DNA of 64,000 nucleotides, from NCBI GenBank assembly GCA_043228905.1, contig JBHGNT010000007.1, positions 16,864,001 through 16,928,000 of the forward strand. The letters run 5' to 3'. Below are positions 1 through 17,300 of the stretch, one piece after another. This stretch comes from Azolla caroliniana. Lineage: Eukaryota; Plantae; Polypodiophyta. Made by a program: the position numbers and the translations under genes. The notes below the pieces were generated by a model. It ran no database searches. It saw only the letters and a list, made by a program, of their open reading frames with translations, and had not been told where the DNA came from. Each line of letters begins with the position of its first letter. Position 1 is the first letter of the stretch.

Positions 1-1010
1 ATGGAAAAAACCGAGTGCTAGTGGAAATGGTAAACATTTGGAGTTTTCCCAGTATTTGGTTAAGCTAGGTAGAAATTTATTATTGCAATCAAAGTATAAA
101 TGCCCTGCTACCGTGAAGCATTGGACTGCAAATAATGTGAATGCATTGCAACTTACAAAATTCTGGAAATGGTTGTGGTGTATGCAGTTGCTGAAAAAAG
201 TGATTTGTTTTCTTTGGTTGTTGATGCATTATGCTCTTCCTGTTGGTGATTGGTTGAGGCAAAATCAACAATATGCTTGTGGAATGCATTGTGGTGCATC
301 TATGGAATATTGTTTGCCTTGGTTTTGGTTATGTCCCAAAATCAAGCAATTTTGGAGTAAGTTGTTTTTATTATTGAGACACCAGTATTCTCGTTCTATT
401 TTCTCGTGGGGTGCAGTATTATGGGGTATCCTTCATGGAGATGTTATGAAGTATGAAAGTATGCATGTTTCTCATGTCTTTCACTTTTCCCATGGGTACA
501 TCTATCTCACTTCATTTCCATCTTTTATTCCACGGTTTAGAATTGAAATTTTGATTATTTGGTGTACTATTACGTCATTAGCTCTTTGAACAATATAGAA
601 AATGAGATGTGAGGTTGTTTTTAATAATGCTCACATACATCTTAGAACCATGCGTATTGAATTCTGGTTGTTATTTGTCCATACCATACATGGGCAATAT
701 GATGATCTGTAGGGTTCGGTTGATGCTCTAAGGCAACGTGAAGTGGACTTTAAGAAACGGTGGCAAGGGCTTCACTTATTTTCAGATACAACTTCTGGTA
801 TGAGGTGGAATTATGCCATACCTTCGTTTTTATTGCATAGCTTGTAGCTTGTGTGCTCCTCTCGTTTCTTATATGATATCATTTGTTTGATCAAATGTTG
901 GTATTAGTTTTTGTATTACAATAGAGGTGAGATGAAACGTCTCCTTCTATTTTCTATATGTACATTTCTCATGTAATATACTAAGGTCTATCTTTCTTGC
1001 AAAAAAAGAA
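1..1010 (+). mobile_element. 3' remnant of an L1-like non-LTR retrotransposon (zf-RVT and C-terminal region), degraded
   Basis: ORF 38-589 has a zf-RVT pattern (FWKWLW..KKVICFLWLLMHYALPVGDWL..C..C..WLCPKIKQFW). Broken continuation to ~845 (MRWNYAIP) resembles the LINE at 34-35 kb. A-rich tract near 1001-1020. Confidence 0.7.
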
Positions 1011-1999
1011 GAAGAAGCAATAAAAGTCTTGTTTTTGTATCTTTTGTAGTTACTTCTTGGATTTTCTCCTTTCATATAGTTGTACTAGAGCTCTAACTCT
1101 TTTCTATCAATCGTTAACTTGAGCTAAAGAGTGATTACAGCTAAGTGTTAATTAGCCAAACCCTAATCACTCTACCTCTTGTATGTGTGTCGTACACATC
1201 TTTATAATAGAAGCGATGTTCTTCTTCTTGTACTTTGTATGTGTGTTTAATGATAATCTTATACTAAGAGAGAGTTAATGTGAGAGAGGATGAGTGTAAG
1301 AACTAGTTACACTAGGGTTGCGAGACAAGAGGCTCAACCGTGATTGACAACCACTCACGTCTGGTTTGCTACTAATTGGGCAAATGGAGGTCTGGATACT
1401 TTGTCTAACGATATCATTGTGGAGGTATAGCTCCATCAATTCATAGAGTGTGTTGTGTTGTGTGCATAGAAACCACACATCCATTTGAGCTATTGACAGG
1501 CGTAAGACCGACGATTAAACCATTGAATAATTTTTCTTAAACTCCTGAAGCTAGCCTTTGCTAACCTTACAAGAGACCAAGAGGCATTATTTTCTATTTG
1601 TGTGTTAGTATGTTATACATTTTCTTGGCATTTAGGTTTCTTAATAATCCACAAAGGTTGCCCGAAGTTAACTTGCTAACCATTCGGTTTTTTTTTCTGT
1701 TTTTTTTTTCACACTATAAATTTCTTTCAAACTTTTTTAAGGTTTCGACATTGTACATGGTTAAACACTATTTTTTGTACTAACCACTAATTATAATTTT
1801 TTCTTAACATGAACTTGGCTAATATCAATTTTCAAACACCAAATATCAATTTTCAAAAGGCTAATAGTCACAAAGAACAAGCCCTCAACTCTAAAGAGTT
1901 TTTTGATCCACACAAACACAAAAACAATTTCTCAACCTTAAACAAAAATAAATAAATTGTCAGGTGCGGTTCATTACCCCTTCCCCCTCACTCTAATCA

Positions 2000-3170
2000 A
2001 ATACCTTTTTGACACTTTAATGATACTTATGCTTCTTTATAGGGTGAAGTACCAATGCCAAATGGTGTGGAAGTATGGGGCAATACCATCCGTAAGTCTA
2101 GTTGGAAAGACTTTGAAAATGTAAATGCATTTTCTTGTAAAGTTTCTCCAACTCAAGAAACAAAAATCGTAGATCCTACTACTTGAGATTATAGCCATAG
2201 AAAGGGTTGTTGAATACATGCTTAAGTTTCAAAAAAGTCCTGTGCATTGACTTCCTAGAATCTCATAGGGAACAGGGAAAAGGTCTAAAATACGCATAAA
2301 TGCAAACTTTTGTGTCTCATTGGATGCAAGATATAAAAAAATGGTTTGGAAGGTGGGATGTAATACACTTGTTTCGTGACGTGCCAATAGATTCCTACGT
2401 GATTGAGGCCTTTTTGCAATGCCAATGTATCATGACACAAAAAATGGGAAGGCTTATGCTACTACAAAACCATATTCTTCATTGGATGTGGAAATCTCAC
2501 ACATCAAATGTTGGCACTCATCCCATTGTCTACCATCTAAACGATAACTTCCATATAACTTAGCTCACATTCACTATGATGTAAGATGAGGTGTTGTAGC
2601 ACAAGTGATGAGAGTTGTCGATTGTGCACACTTTTCCCTAAACACATTTGGGAATTTGCATATCAAATTTTGATACAATGCCGCAAACCTTGTCCTTGCA
2701 CAAATTTCTCTCATAATCATAACATGCACTTTCAATTGGGACAATTCATTAGTAAACTTCCTTAATATGAAATGTGAACACCACCACATCATACATACTA
2801 AAGCCCATCTCATTGTTTGCCATCCAAACCATTGCTTCATGCAACGTAGCTCACACATGTGTGAGACAAAGCGTTGGGTCACAAGTGATGGCAGTAATTG
2901 GCATTGCACATTTTGCCTAAACAAGTTGGAGAGTCTAAGGATCATACTTTTATACAATGCCCTACCTTTGATCACATCTGACTTTGCTTTCCACACATCT
3001 TCGACCAAACCCAATCCTTTCACAGACATCTCTCACATTCATGGTGTGCACTCTTGATTACAACATTCGATATTAAAGTTTTTGAACATCAAGAATCACT
3101 ACTCACTTTCACACGTACTACGTGAAAATGTTATATTTTTCGGTCTCATAGGTCATATTTTTTTCCTTCA
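2000..3170 (-). repeat. Degraded dispersed repeat with residual coding character, probably retroelement-derived; second copy at 25230-25695
   Basis: 2820-3160 aligns by eye with 25345-25690, and 2385-2435 with 25255-25310. Frameshifted peptide [22 protein letters not shown] occurs in both copies. Confidence 0.5.
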
Positions 3171-4109
3171 CAAAATATAATAAAATCCATCTACCCATAT
3201 CTCTGAACAACCTAAATTTGAAGAAATCTAAAGGAAAATTATTGGTATTTGTAGCATTTTAACCGGTATGGATACATTATAACCACCAATTTGACCACTT
3301 AAATGTGAGAAAGGTCATATACTATCATTCTTATTGATAAATGTCTTGATTCTTTAGTGTAGAAAACATTCAATGGACTAATCGAAAAGCATGAGATCTT
3401 CAAGGTATAAAACCAGAACTGCTGAAATAAAGGGGATAAGAAACATATGCTTGGATAAGAAACACACCAATCATGTTGCCAAACACAACAATCACATACA
3501 AATTGGAGGCAATGGTTGTGAGAATTCTCATATGGTGAGGTTATTTGGATGCATGACACAAACAACACTAACTGCATGGGCTTAAGCGAACAACCATCCA
3601 GCCATCATATGAATTTTGCTCACAATTTCACACATTTGAGAATATGAAGGTAATACATCATGTACACATAAATATCAGTGTTTCAAGTTTCCATTTTGCA
3701 TTTACCACATGTAAATTGTCAGTAGGTTATGCTTCAGATAGCCGGCATTTGATAGGGGGTAAAACAGGAATAATGAGCCATATGAAGCATCCCCCACATT
3801 CCAAATTGGGGCTGACATTTCTCCAAATTATTATCTACACCGAAAGAATGAATTCAATTCTACATTTAAAAGAATGAATTCAATCAAGTGTAACACATCA
3901 AAGTATTGGTAGTGTGCCCTTCAACAATTTATTAATCCCCAAGCTCCAAAACTGAATCTAGACATCACTAAGGAATTCCCAAGTTTTAATTGAATACACA
4001 ATATGGTTGTCCTTGGCCCATCCTCTTTACCACACTGAAAATGCACATATATACTCGAATGATTAGGTTGCTTTTATACTTTTAACTTTTCCATCGGCTA
4101 AAGGGCAAG

Positions 4110-4680
4110 TATCTAAAATGTCAAAAGCCAAAGAATTTGAAACCTCACATCCAACCACCAATATTGACGACAATAATATTTTAGTAAGAGCATGTAACTT
4201 CCATTCATTTTGTACACTTTTTATCTGCACTTAAATCTGTGTTATTCATTCAGCATCAATCAATTCATTGAGCAGGAAAGCAGATTTCTTCAAAATCGGA
4301 TTTTACTTACATACCAAATTGTGGAAGCATTGATTGCTCAATAAACTGCAGCATGTACATGCTAAAACCTTACAACCAAACGACTTCAAGCATCTAAAAC
4401 GTAAAAAGCCAAAGAATTTGAACCCTCATAACCAACCACCAATATTGGTGGCAATCATATTTTAGTAAGAGCATATAACTTCCATTCATTTCATACACTT
4501 TTATCTGCACTTAATATCTGTGTTATTCATTCAATATCAGTCAGTCCATTGAACAGGAAAGCAGATTTCTTCACAATCGGATTTGACTTAAATATGCATT
4601 TACGTACCAAATTGTGGAAGCAATGATTGCTCAATAAACTGCAGCATACACATTCTAAAACCTTTCTTACAACCAAACAG
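4110..4680. repeat. Tandem duplication, 2 x ~280 bp, downstream of the cyclophilin stop codon
   Basis: AAAAGCCAAAGAATTTGAA...CTTACAACCAAAC block occurs at ~4110-4390 and ~4391-4680. Confidence 0.85.
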
Positions 4681-4949
4681 AATTCAGAGGTAAGATATTT
4701 GTTAAAGCCAAATTAGATAAATGAGAACACTCACCTAAACCCTACTTCACCTCTTCAGGGAACACAGTAGCTTTACCAATCAAATAGCAACCATACGGTT
4801 ACAATACAGCTAATGGGGATGAATTCACATTCTCACTCTGTGTCTTTATTAGTAATCTCATCAAGTCTTACCAAAATTTGGGAAGAACTAATCGTCCCTA
4901 TGGATTTATGATCAGATTTGTTCGATGTTACAAGGCCATGACAAAACCT

Positions 4950-8522
<3,573 letters not shown>

Positions 8523-10299
8523 GGAAGGAAGGGAGGAGATAGAGCTTGGACCTTCTTTCTTTCCTTGCTTTGGGCCTGCCTGCCTTCCTTCCTTCCTCTG
8601 TGTCTGTCTGTCTGTGGGTTCTGTATGAATGGAATGGAATGGAATGGTATGTAATTTTACATAGAGATAGAAGACATAAAGAAGATATACATAAGAGTGA
8701 CTGAAAAATGACTGCCTCTTGTGAATAGGAGGAGGGAGGGGTTTCTTCTTTACCACACAAAATTGGGAGGGGAGGGGTTTTTACCTCCTCTTTCTTCTTT
8801 CTTCTTCATTCCTATCCAAACAAAAACTACTCTCTGGGTTATCCACACACACACACACGAATGGGTTTGCGCCTGGCCCGCCCCGCCCATAACAAAAAGC
8901 AGATGTCCGCCCACCCACTCAGACAATGCTCATGCAATGTGTCTGCTTCCTCCTCTTTGTTGTGGGCTCCATGGGGGGGGGGTTGCCTGGTCGGAAGGCA
9001 ACGGGGGCGGCCTAGCTTGTCTCATTGCCCAGCTTGTGCCGCAAACATGACATAGAGGAACCAACGAGACGAGATCCCTGACTAGGCGTAGATTGTTGCG
9101 GAATGATCGATTGATCGATGCTTAAGGCAATGCTTTTGGCTCCGAAACCTTTCTCTTACTTCCAAAGGCCAAGTAGGTTCGAATTGAGTTCTCATACAAT
9201 AAATCCATGTCGAATATCTATATAGCACAAATCATATCTAGGGTGCACGAACTCATTCCAAGATATTTTAAAACATAAATGGAGGTTGCAATTCTAGCCA
9301 TACACTACCATATGTAGTTAATAAATTTCGTAAGATGGCTCAAAATTATATATAAATAGTCATCAGTTGCAAGGAACGTGTTAAATGCGTGCAAAACCAA
9401 TGTGTTCACATCATGCATTGGCATACAATGTCTTGTTGGAAGTATTTCCGTCTTAAGACATGCCCTCAATCTTTATACAAAACTTAGACCAAAAATGTAT
9501 AAATGTGCAAGTTGTAAATTTCGCATGAGCACTTGTTACTCATGCATGCAATTCCTATGCATCGTCAATAGAGGCACATCTATTATAATAGAAAAGCATG
9601 AGACCCATGTGTGTGGCATCCCCAATAGAACAATTCCAAAAGAAAGAAATAATTAAGAACCTGAAATAAAATAAAAAACATAAAGAGGAACACAAAACCA
9701 TATATTGTTGTACGGTGTACCTCACCTTACAAATTAGATAAAGGAGAAAATATTGAAAAATATCTCATATTTGTTTGGTCACTAGATCAAGCATAAAATG
9801 ATGATATATCTACTTCAAACTAAACGAGTTCAAACCTAACAAAGGCCCAAAAGCACTCATACATTATCAATACTACATAATTATGCCTATGCATTAGAGG
9901 AGCTGAGGAAATTGCATTGAGATTCCATATGAAAGTTTGTTGGTATACTAGGAGTATACGTGTAACAGACAATCTTTTCATCACAAAAGCTTGTAGTATT
10001 TCCATTTTTATCACGAAAGTTTGTCGTATTCCTGTGAAGGTCATTTTGTGATATATTGTTGTATGGTAATGAAAACAATACGATATGCTTGCATGATCTT
10101 GGTATGATATAGACATTGACATGCAACTAAAGGCCCTTATAACTAGCATATGCTTGCATAATCTTGGTATGATACATAACATCTTTCTATAAATAAAGAT
10201 CCACCCACACAAGTGTTCATTATTTTCAAGATGGCATTGCCTGAGTTCTTGTAGTGTTGCTTTTTACCATGAATAAGATTACATTGAAAAAGAATATAT

Positions 10300-11100
10300 T
10301 CATATGGGTGTATATTAGTACACATCACTATGTACCGGATTTGGATGACATTATCCTCAACAATTTCAAGGATTTCTTAAGATGAAGGTTGTTTACACAT
10401 TGATTTTGCAATGCAAGTCTTAGCACATGTTCTTATTCCATTGCACTGACAATCTCCACAACATCGACTTAATGCATCAACTTAATCAAAACCACAAACC
10501 ATTGTGTGGTAGAAGGGTAGAAGCATTAAAATTAGTGTTCATTACTTGATACCCAAATTTGGACTCCTAAGGAGTAGTTTAATGCGTCGTTCTTTGTCTC
10601 TTGCAAAACCACTATATATTGATTGAGGACATTTGTTGATGTAACAAGAAGCAAGTTTTATTTGAGAGATTAATGAAGTGTCCAAAATAATGACTTACTT
10701 CGTCATCTTCTTCTTTTTTATGTGTAAAAGAATGAAAGAGAATTCCTAAGAAAGAAGCCATCAAACAACAGTATCCTCTGATGTTGTAGAACAGATTTCC
10801 CCAGAGATATAATGGAAGTTGCGAAAAAACTACAACAAACAACTGTACACAAACATATAGAGAAAGTCTTTTTCAATTGTAACCAAGAATTTATACCAAT
10901 TTTGTATTCTACCTATAACATGGGCTTCTTTTACCCAACCGAACATCATGTGAGAGGGTTTTTTACACATTGAAATCTCGATTCCGTAGAATGAATGGGC
11001 CAATCATTGTCCAAGTTATAGTTCATGTTACACAAAGTCAAGGCAATTGTTAGTTACAAAATATTGTAGAAGCACAGAAACAAAAAAAGGTGACTTTTTT
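10300..11100 (+). mobile_element. Possible highly degraded PIF/Harbinger transposase remnant
   Basis: Reading at ~10940-10995, RTSCERVFYTLKSRFRR, resembles the Harbinger ER.FG.LK.RF motif. Surroundings are full of stops and boundaries are approximate. Confidence 0.35.
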
Positions 11101-11585
11101 ATGGCTTCAATTAAACTTCTATAATTTGTTTTTATGTTTATACATTAGAAAACCTTGTTCCATCTTCAACTACTAAATTTCAAGAAGCTTGAATTTTCAT
11201 GAGTATTTATTTGATTTGAGTTTTAGAGCATCAAAAAACCAATCAATCAATTTTTGCTCTATCACTTTTATGTAGAAAATCATTTTAATTTATTTGCCCT
11301 CTTTATGGTATGTGAGCAGAAATATTTCAACACCAATTTTCAATACCTTTTCCTTTCATAATGCTACAAAAGTCTTAGTGATGTGTTCAAATATTTCAAA
11401 TACAGTTTCACAGAAATCTTTTGTGAAACCAAACAGATATCCAAATACCAAATGGACAAAGAGACTAGCTATAAACTGCTCCAACAATCCACTCGCTTGA
11501 AATTTTTACCCAAACACTTGCCCAGCCAACATCAATACTCCATCTGTATGCCATGATTATATATATAAAATAAATAAATAAATAA

Positions 11586-11616
<31 letters not shown>

Positions 11617-12371
11617 GTTTTGAAAAAAGAGTAATTGCATGCCAAGAGAAAAAAATGAACGGAAATAACCCAAATTTTCTTTATTTCCATAGAGGTATTT
11701 AAGAGTTTTTCCTAGAAAAGAAACACCATCTGTTCACTTACTTGTGCATTGTCTCATGCAGGTTCCATCCAACAAATAGCATGGCAAAGTACATGGCCGC
11801 CATTGCGAACACAAGGTGAAAGATGTTATGTAAGATTGTCCCTCCTTATGCAAGAAGCGCATTATTGTGAGTTAGAGAACGCGTAAGAGCAAGAAAAACG
11901 TGTTGCAAGGGAAGTGTGACACAGAGAACAATAGCGAGCTAACACAGTGGTGGTGCACTTGGCTGAAACTGTGGTTTTAGATAACAACCTGAGAGTACAT
12001 CCATACCAAATTAGGTTCTATCATTCTATGCCTTTATTTCTTCTTGTCTCATGGTGTAAAATTTCTGTTCACCATGGTTTTTCCCTAAAATAAGGGTTTT
12101 CCACGTAAATCGTGTGTTGCTTGTTTTTCGTTTGTTTGTGCCTCATTATATCTGTGGTTTACGTCTGAGTGTAAAATCTATCAAACTGGTATCAAAGCAA
12201 GATTCTAGATAGAAGGGGGTGTGAGTGGATTTATGGGGATGATTGTCCTAAACTCACAAAACTACTCAGACTGGAAGATCAAAATGGAAGATCTTCTGAT
12301 AGTCAAAGATCTATATGAGCCTATAGAAAAGGAAGACATACTTAGAGGGGTAATAGAATCTGGGTGGAAAA

Positions 12372-12819
12372 TAACAATCGACAACGGTTCGGTTCGGTTT
12401 GAGAGGGTCTAAACTGAACCGTTTAGAGATGTTGAAACCTAAACCGAACCAAATCGAACCATTAAAAAAAACTATTAAGCCATTAAACCGATAAAACCGC
12501 GGTTTCGCGGTTGAGTTTCGATTTCCAGCTTAGGACAAAATTTTAAAAATTTTAAAAATTTTCCCAAAATGTGAGAATAAGGCATGAAAATGAAAAGATG
12601 ATTTAAAAACAAATTTTTTAAATTTTTTTTTTGAATTAAAAAAAATACAAAAATAAAAAACCGTTTAATCGTTTAAACCGCGGTTTTTAACTATTGAAAC
12701 CGAACCGAAACTGAACCGAACTGTTAAAAAAAACCCAAACTTGAACCAAGATGAACCATTTAAACCGTTAAGCCACGGTGTTGTGGTTCGGTTCGGTTCA
12801 AAACCGTTGCCGATTATTA
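12372..12819. mobile_element. hAT-type MITE (448 bp) inserted in Copia gag
   Basis: 8-bp TSD GTGGAAAA (12364-12371 and 12820-12827). TIRs TAACAATCGACAACGGTT vs revcomp TAATAATCGGCAACGGTT. Many subterminal AACCG/CGGTT motifs and an AT-rich core. Confidence 0.92.
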
Positions 12820-12919
12820 GTGGAAAACTCTAAATAGAAAGGCAGTTGCAACCATAAGACAGTGTGTAAACATTAGCGTTCTACAACATGTAGCAAGGGA
12901 TACAAATGTTTATGAGTTA

Positions 12920-13361
12920 TGTTGAGAATCAATCTCAACATAGCACAACGTGTGAACACACCTTTTAAGAACCTATGATTACTCAAAGGTCAAGAGTCAC
13001 ACCACTACTCTCTACACATTAACTATGATTCTATGACACATAACTAATGAGTTACATATTCCCCATGACTATGAGTCTTCACATTCCCCAAGAGAGAGAG
13101 TGGTTGTTGTAAGTTAATGAAGAGAGAGGGTGACTCTATATAAAGCACCCTCCTCATACTTCATACTAAGTTGGTTGTGACTCCTTGTAATGCTACATTT
13201 TCATTTATCATATTCTTCTTGTTAATATACATCTCCTTCTTCTTGAGTGCTTCATTTTGTCTCTTATCCATCTTGTGTTTCTCTCCTCCCCTCTTTCCTC
13301 TCACACATACACATAACACACATCTCTTCCGCTACACAGGAATCACCATTGATTCTTTACA
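12920..13361 (+). mobile_element. Solo LTR (442 bp)
   Basis: TGTTGAGAATC...TTGATTCTTTACA with 5-bp TSD AGTTA (12915-12919 and 13362-13366). Same termini as the LTR at 52027-52383. Confidence 0.9.
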
Positions 13362-14398
13362 AGTTATGGCAAAAACTCTCAACCCTCTACGAAAGGAAAA
13401 ATGCCTTAAATAAAACTTCCCTAATGAAAAAAATAGTGAGACTAAAGTACGTAGATGGGGAGAGTATTGTAGAGCACACTTGGTCTTTAGACACCAACAC
13501 AAAAGCCCACAACTTTCTGCTAAAGTCATCAATAAATGTGACAAAGTATTGTCCACCACGGTGTGATGGGGCATCCACATAACACACATTTGTGTGAACT
13601 AGTTCTAGGGCATGCTCTCTTCTCATCGGAGGCCTTGAGTTAAAGGTTGTTCTATTCTGCTTTCTAGCCAAGCAATCCACACACTTTTCAAGGTGTATTC
13701 CTTTCACTTCTAGTACGAAATCCTTTTCAACAAGGATATGCATTCCCCTTTTGCTCATGTGGTCGAGCCTTTTATGCCACAACTCACCATTTGAGTCACC
13801 CACCAAATTTGTTTCATCTTGGCACAATTTTGCATGCATTACATACTATGTGTTCTGTTTTTGGGCTCAAGCCACAATCAGGCTCCTTTACAGAACTTCC
13901 ATGTACCATTACGAAAACCACTGTTGTATCCTTCATCGTCTAGCCGTCTAGCCGATATCAGATTCAATATGACATCCGAAACATGGCGTACATCCTTCAA
14001 CATTAACCTACAACCAATAGATGTTAGCAAACACACATTTCCTACGCCCACAATCTTGCATTCACCGTCATTTCCCATCCTTACATAGCCATAGTTACCA
14101 GTTGTGTAAGATGAGAAACATTCTCTTTTGGGAGTTAGGGGGAATGATGCACCAGAGTCCACTACCCAAGAGCACTCAACATTTGCAAGGTTCACACTAC
14201 CTTGTTCACAAATAAATAACATATCTTCTTCACTAGTTGCAATGGCTAAGGTGTTTTTATCATCAAATTTTTTTTCTAGGTTCGACCTCATCAGCCATAC
14301 CTCTATCCTTCCTAGGGTGTCGACAATTCTTTTGGAAGTGACCAGGTTTCCCACAACAGAAGCATGTAGGTCTTCCTCTAGATTTTGACCTTGCATAA

Positions 14399-17300
14399 TG
14401 TAAACGATTACTTGCGGAAGTGTTAGAAAACAGAGAAAGAAGAGAATACACAGACAGAGTACACGGGAGAGACAGAGAGAGCAGAACGTAAAAGCTATAT
14501 TCAAAAAAACAATAAAACACTCATTGTATCTTACAACTGTGCTCAGTAGCACTATTTATACAAGTCCTCGTGGGACTGACAGAAGTACCGCGTAATTCAA
14601 TGCTCACACGAGCATCTAACACTTACTACGAGACTATAACTGCCTAGTAGTCTAAACTAATACTAGGCTTTCGGTTACCGTTTGGATTTGGCTAACCGGA
14701 TCCCTAGCTCACCGGCTCTATTGCTTGTCGGCTTACCGATCCGTCTCGCTTGCCAGCTCAGGCTTATCCAGCCAATCCAGCTCCAGTTGAGCTTGCCGCT
14801 CAACACTCCCCCTCAAGCTCAACTTGAGGTTGGATCCTAGTGTCGGCCTCTGTGGCAGTCGGTTCTTCCAACCGACTTCTCTTGGCGTCGCTCCGCCTTG
14901 CTCGCGCTCCTCGTCCGGTCCAGTCCCGTTTGCCGCGACCCTTCTGGTTCTGCGCGCCTCGACCTTCTCGGTCGGCATGTCTGCTCAATAGGCCCCTCTC
15001 ACCTCCTTCGTTGCTATGACTCTGGCGCTTGCCGATCCGTCGGTTCCTCCGCGATGGCATTGAATCCTGTTGCATCCGTGTCTGCTTGGCCTTGAATTGA
15101 TCCGGTTCTTCCGAATCTGTCTGTTGAACCGAATCAATTGTCTCCGATTCAATCAAGCTCTTGTCCGAATCGGTTGCTCCCGATTCGTCTTCTGGTTCCA
15201 AGCCCTTCACTACATCGGACCATGTCCGGGTCTTGACCTTCTTCCTTCGGTCGGCTCTGTCCTTCTTGACTCTGCCGTCGTTGCCGCTTGTTCCGACTTG
15301 TTCGGACGTGTCGACTTCCCTTGTCGACTCAACTCCTTTCTTCTTCTTGACTCTCCCTTCGTCGGTTCTTCCCTCACCGGCGCAATCGGCAGTCTCTTTG
15401 CCTTTGCCCGTTCCGGCGGTGTCTTTGCTTGTTCTCCCCCTCAAGTGTGGCACGTCCAGATGCTGAACACCAAGCATTTTGGTGAAGTGTTGCAACTTGT
15501 CCGATCCAAGCGGTTTGGTGCAGATGTCGGCAACTTGTCGATCCGTGTGAACATACCGAAGTTCGACCTCACCACTCAGGATACGCTCACGCACAAAGTG
15601 ATAGTGCACTTCTATGTGCTTTGTGCGAGCATGGAATACGGGGTTCTTGGCGAGTTGCATGCTGCTGATGTTGTCGCAGTAGACCAGAATTGGGGTCGGG
15701 ACCTCGATCCGTAGGTCTTGTAGCAGTGGCCGAAGCCAAATGGCTTCATAGGTGGCAAGGGTAGCGCCACGATACTCAGCTTCAATGCTCGACAGAGCAA
15801 CTGTTGGCTGCTTTTTGTTGCTCCACGCAACAGTCGCGCTTCCTAGGGAAAACATGTAACCGGACGTTGATCGGCGATCTAATGCATCGTCAGCGCAGTC
15901 GGCATCTGTGTAACCAACCAGCTCTTCGGGTATACCGCGCCGGTATAACAGTCCCCGGTCCTTCATGCTGCTGACATACCGCAATATCCGTTGCGCACAC
16001 TCAAGGTGCTCCATGGTCGGCTTCTACATGAACTAACTTATCATTACGACCGGATAATTGATGTCGGGTCGCGTGATAGTCAAGTAAATAAGGCTTCCGA
16101 AAATTTGTCGGAACCGTTTCTCGTTGCAGGCCGATCCGGAATTGGGACGAAGCTTCTGGTTCCGGTCCAAGGGTGTGGATACAGGTCGACATTCTGTCAT
16201 GCCGAACTTGTACAGCATATTCAAGACGTAATGTCGTTGTGAGAGCAATATGCCGTCGGGCGTTCGGATCACCTCGATCCCAGGAAAATAATGAAGGTCC
16301 CCCAGGTGATTCATCTCAAATGCGTTCGAAAAATGGGACTTGACGTGGTTGACTTCTGGAAGTCCCGGTCCGGTGATGACTAAATCATCAACATACAACA
16401 GTATACATATCGGACCGGCTGAGCCTTGTCGGATGAACAACGAACAGTCCGATTTGGAGGCCACAAACCCCATCTTACGCAACCGGTGCGTGATCTTCGC
16501 ATTCCAAGCTCGAGGGGCTTGCTTCAGGCCATACAACGACTTCTTCAGCCGGCATACCGCCGACTTGTTCATCTTCGATTGAAAACCGAGAGGCTGAGTC
16601 ATAAAGACTTCTTCTTCAGGATCACCTTGAAGAAATGCATTCTTCACATCCATCTGATGAAGATGTCACCCCCTTGCTGCAGCAACCACTAGCACCACTC
16701 GAATCGTCATCATCTTCGCTACAGGAGCGAAGGTCTCGTCGTAGTCGATTCCGTGGGTCTGCGCGTATCCCTTCACCACTAACCGGGCTTTATACCGGTT
16801 AACAAAACCGTCGGCGTTGTACTTTACCTTGTATATCCACTTGCATCCGATCAGTTTACAATGACGAGGAGGGTCAACCAGGTCCCATGTCTTGTTGACA
16901 TCAAGTGCCCGCATTTCTTCCTCCATAGCGGCACGCCAATTTGCGTCCTTGGCCGCTTCTGCGTAGCTCTCCGGCTCACGCACTTCCGCCACCTTAGTCA
17001 TGTACGGATAGTGATGCGCCATGTACTCATTGTACCCGTACCGCTTGACGGGATCCTTCTGGCGGGTGGACTGGCGTAACTCATCGTTACCCGGTTTGAG
17101 GCCCTTCTTGGCCAGTTCGGTCTTCGTTGCCGAAGATCCACCTTTCTCCTTGCCGGAGTCGGATGCACATCGATCCGACTCATCGTTGCCGGTTTCGAAT
17201 TCCGGCATCTTCTTCTTCCCCTTCTCTTTGCGCATGAACCGTCTCCTCGGTTCCTTGCACGGGGAGTGCACGACAAAGTCTCCACTACTCGCTAGTTCCT

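Larger units (their letters stand above)
11824..13478 (+). mobile_element. Truncated Ty1/Copia element (A-left): LTR, PBS and gag 5' end, interrupted by a MITE and a solo LTR
   Basis: LTR ends ..TATCA at 12183 (start approximate). PBS TGGTATCAAAGC at 12187-12198. Gag LNSQNYSDWKIKMEDLL..WKTLNRKAVATIRQ..ELWQKLSTLYERKN resumes after each insertion and stops abruptly at ~13478. Confidence 0.85.

Noticed and set aside
1155-1170. Telo-box AAACCCTAA motifs (also ~21145 and ~30476)
   Set aside because: Isolated short matches in TE or intron context; neither a telomeric array nor a supported regulatory site.
1021-1900. Possible LTR or MITE after the first LINE
   Set aside because: No convincing termini, TSD or PBS could be fixed.
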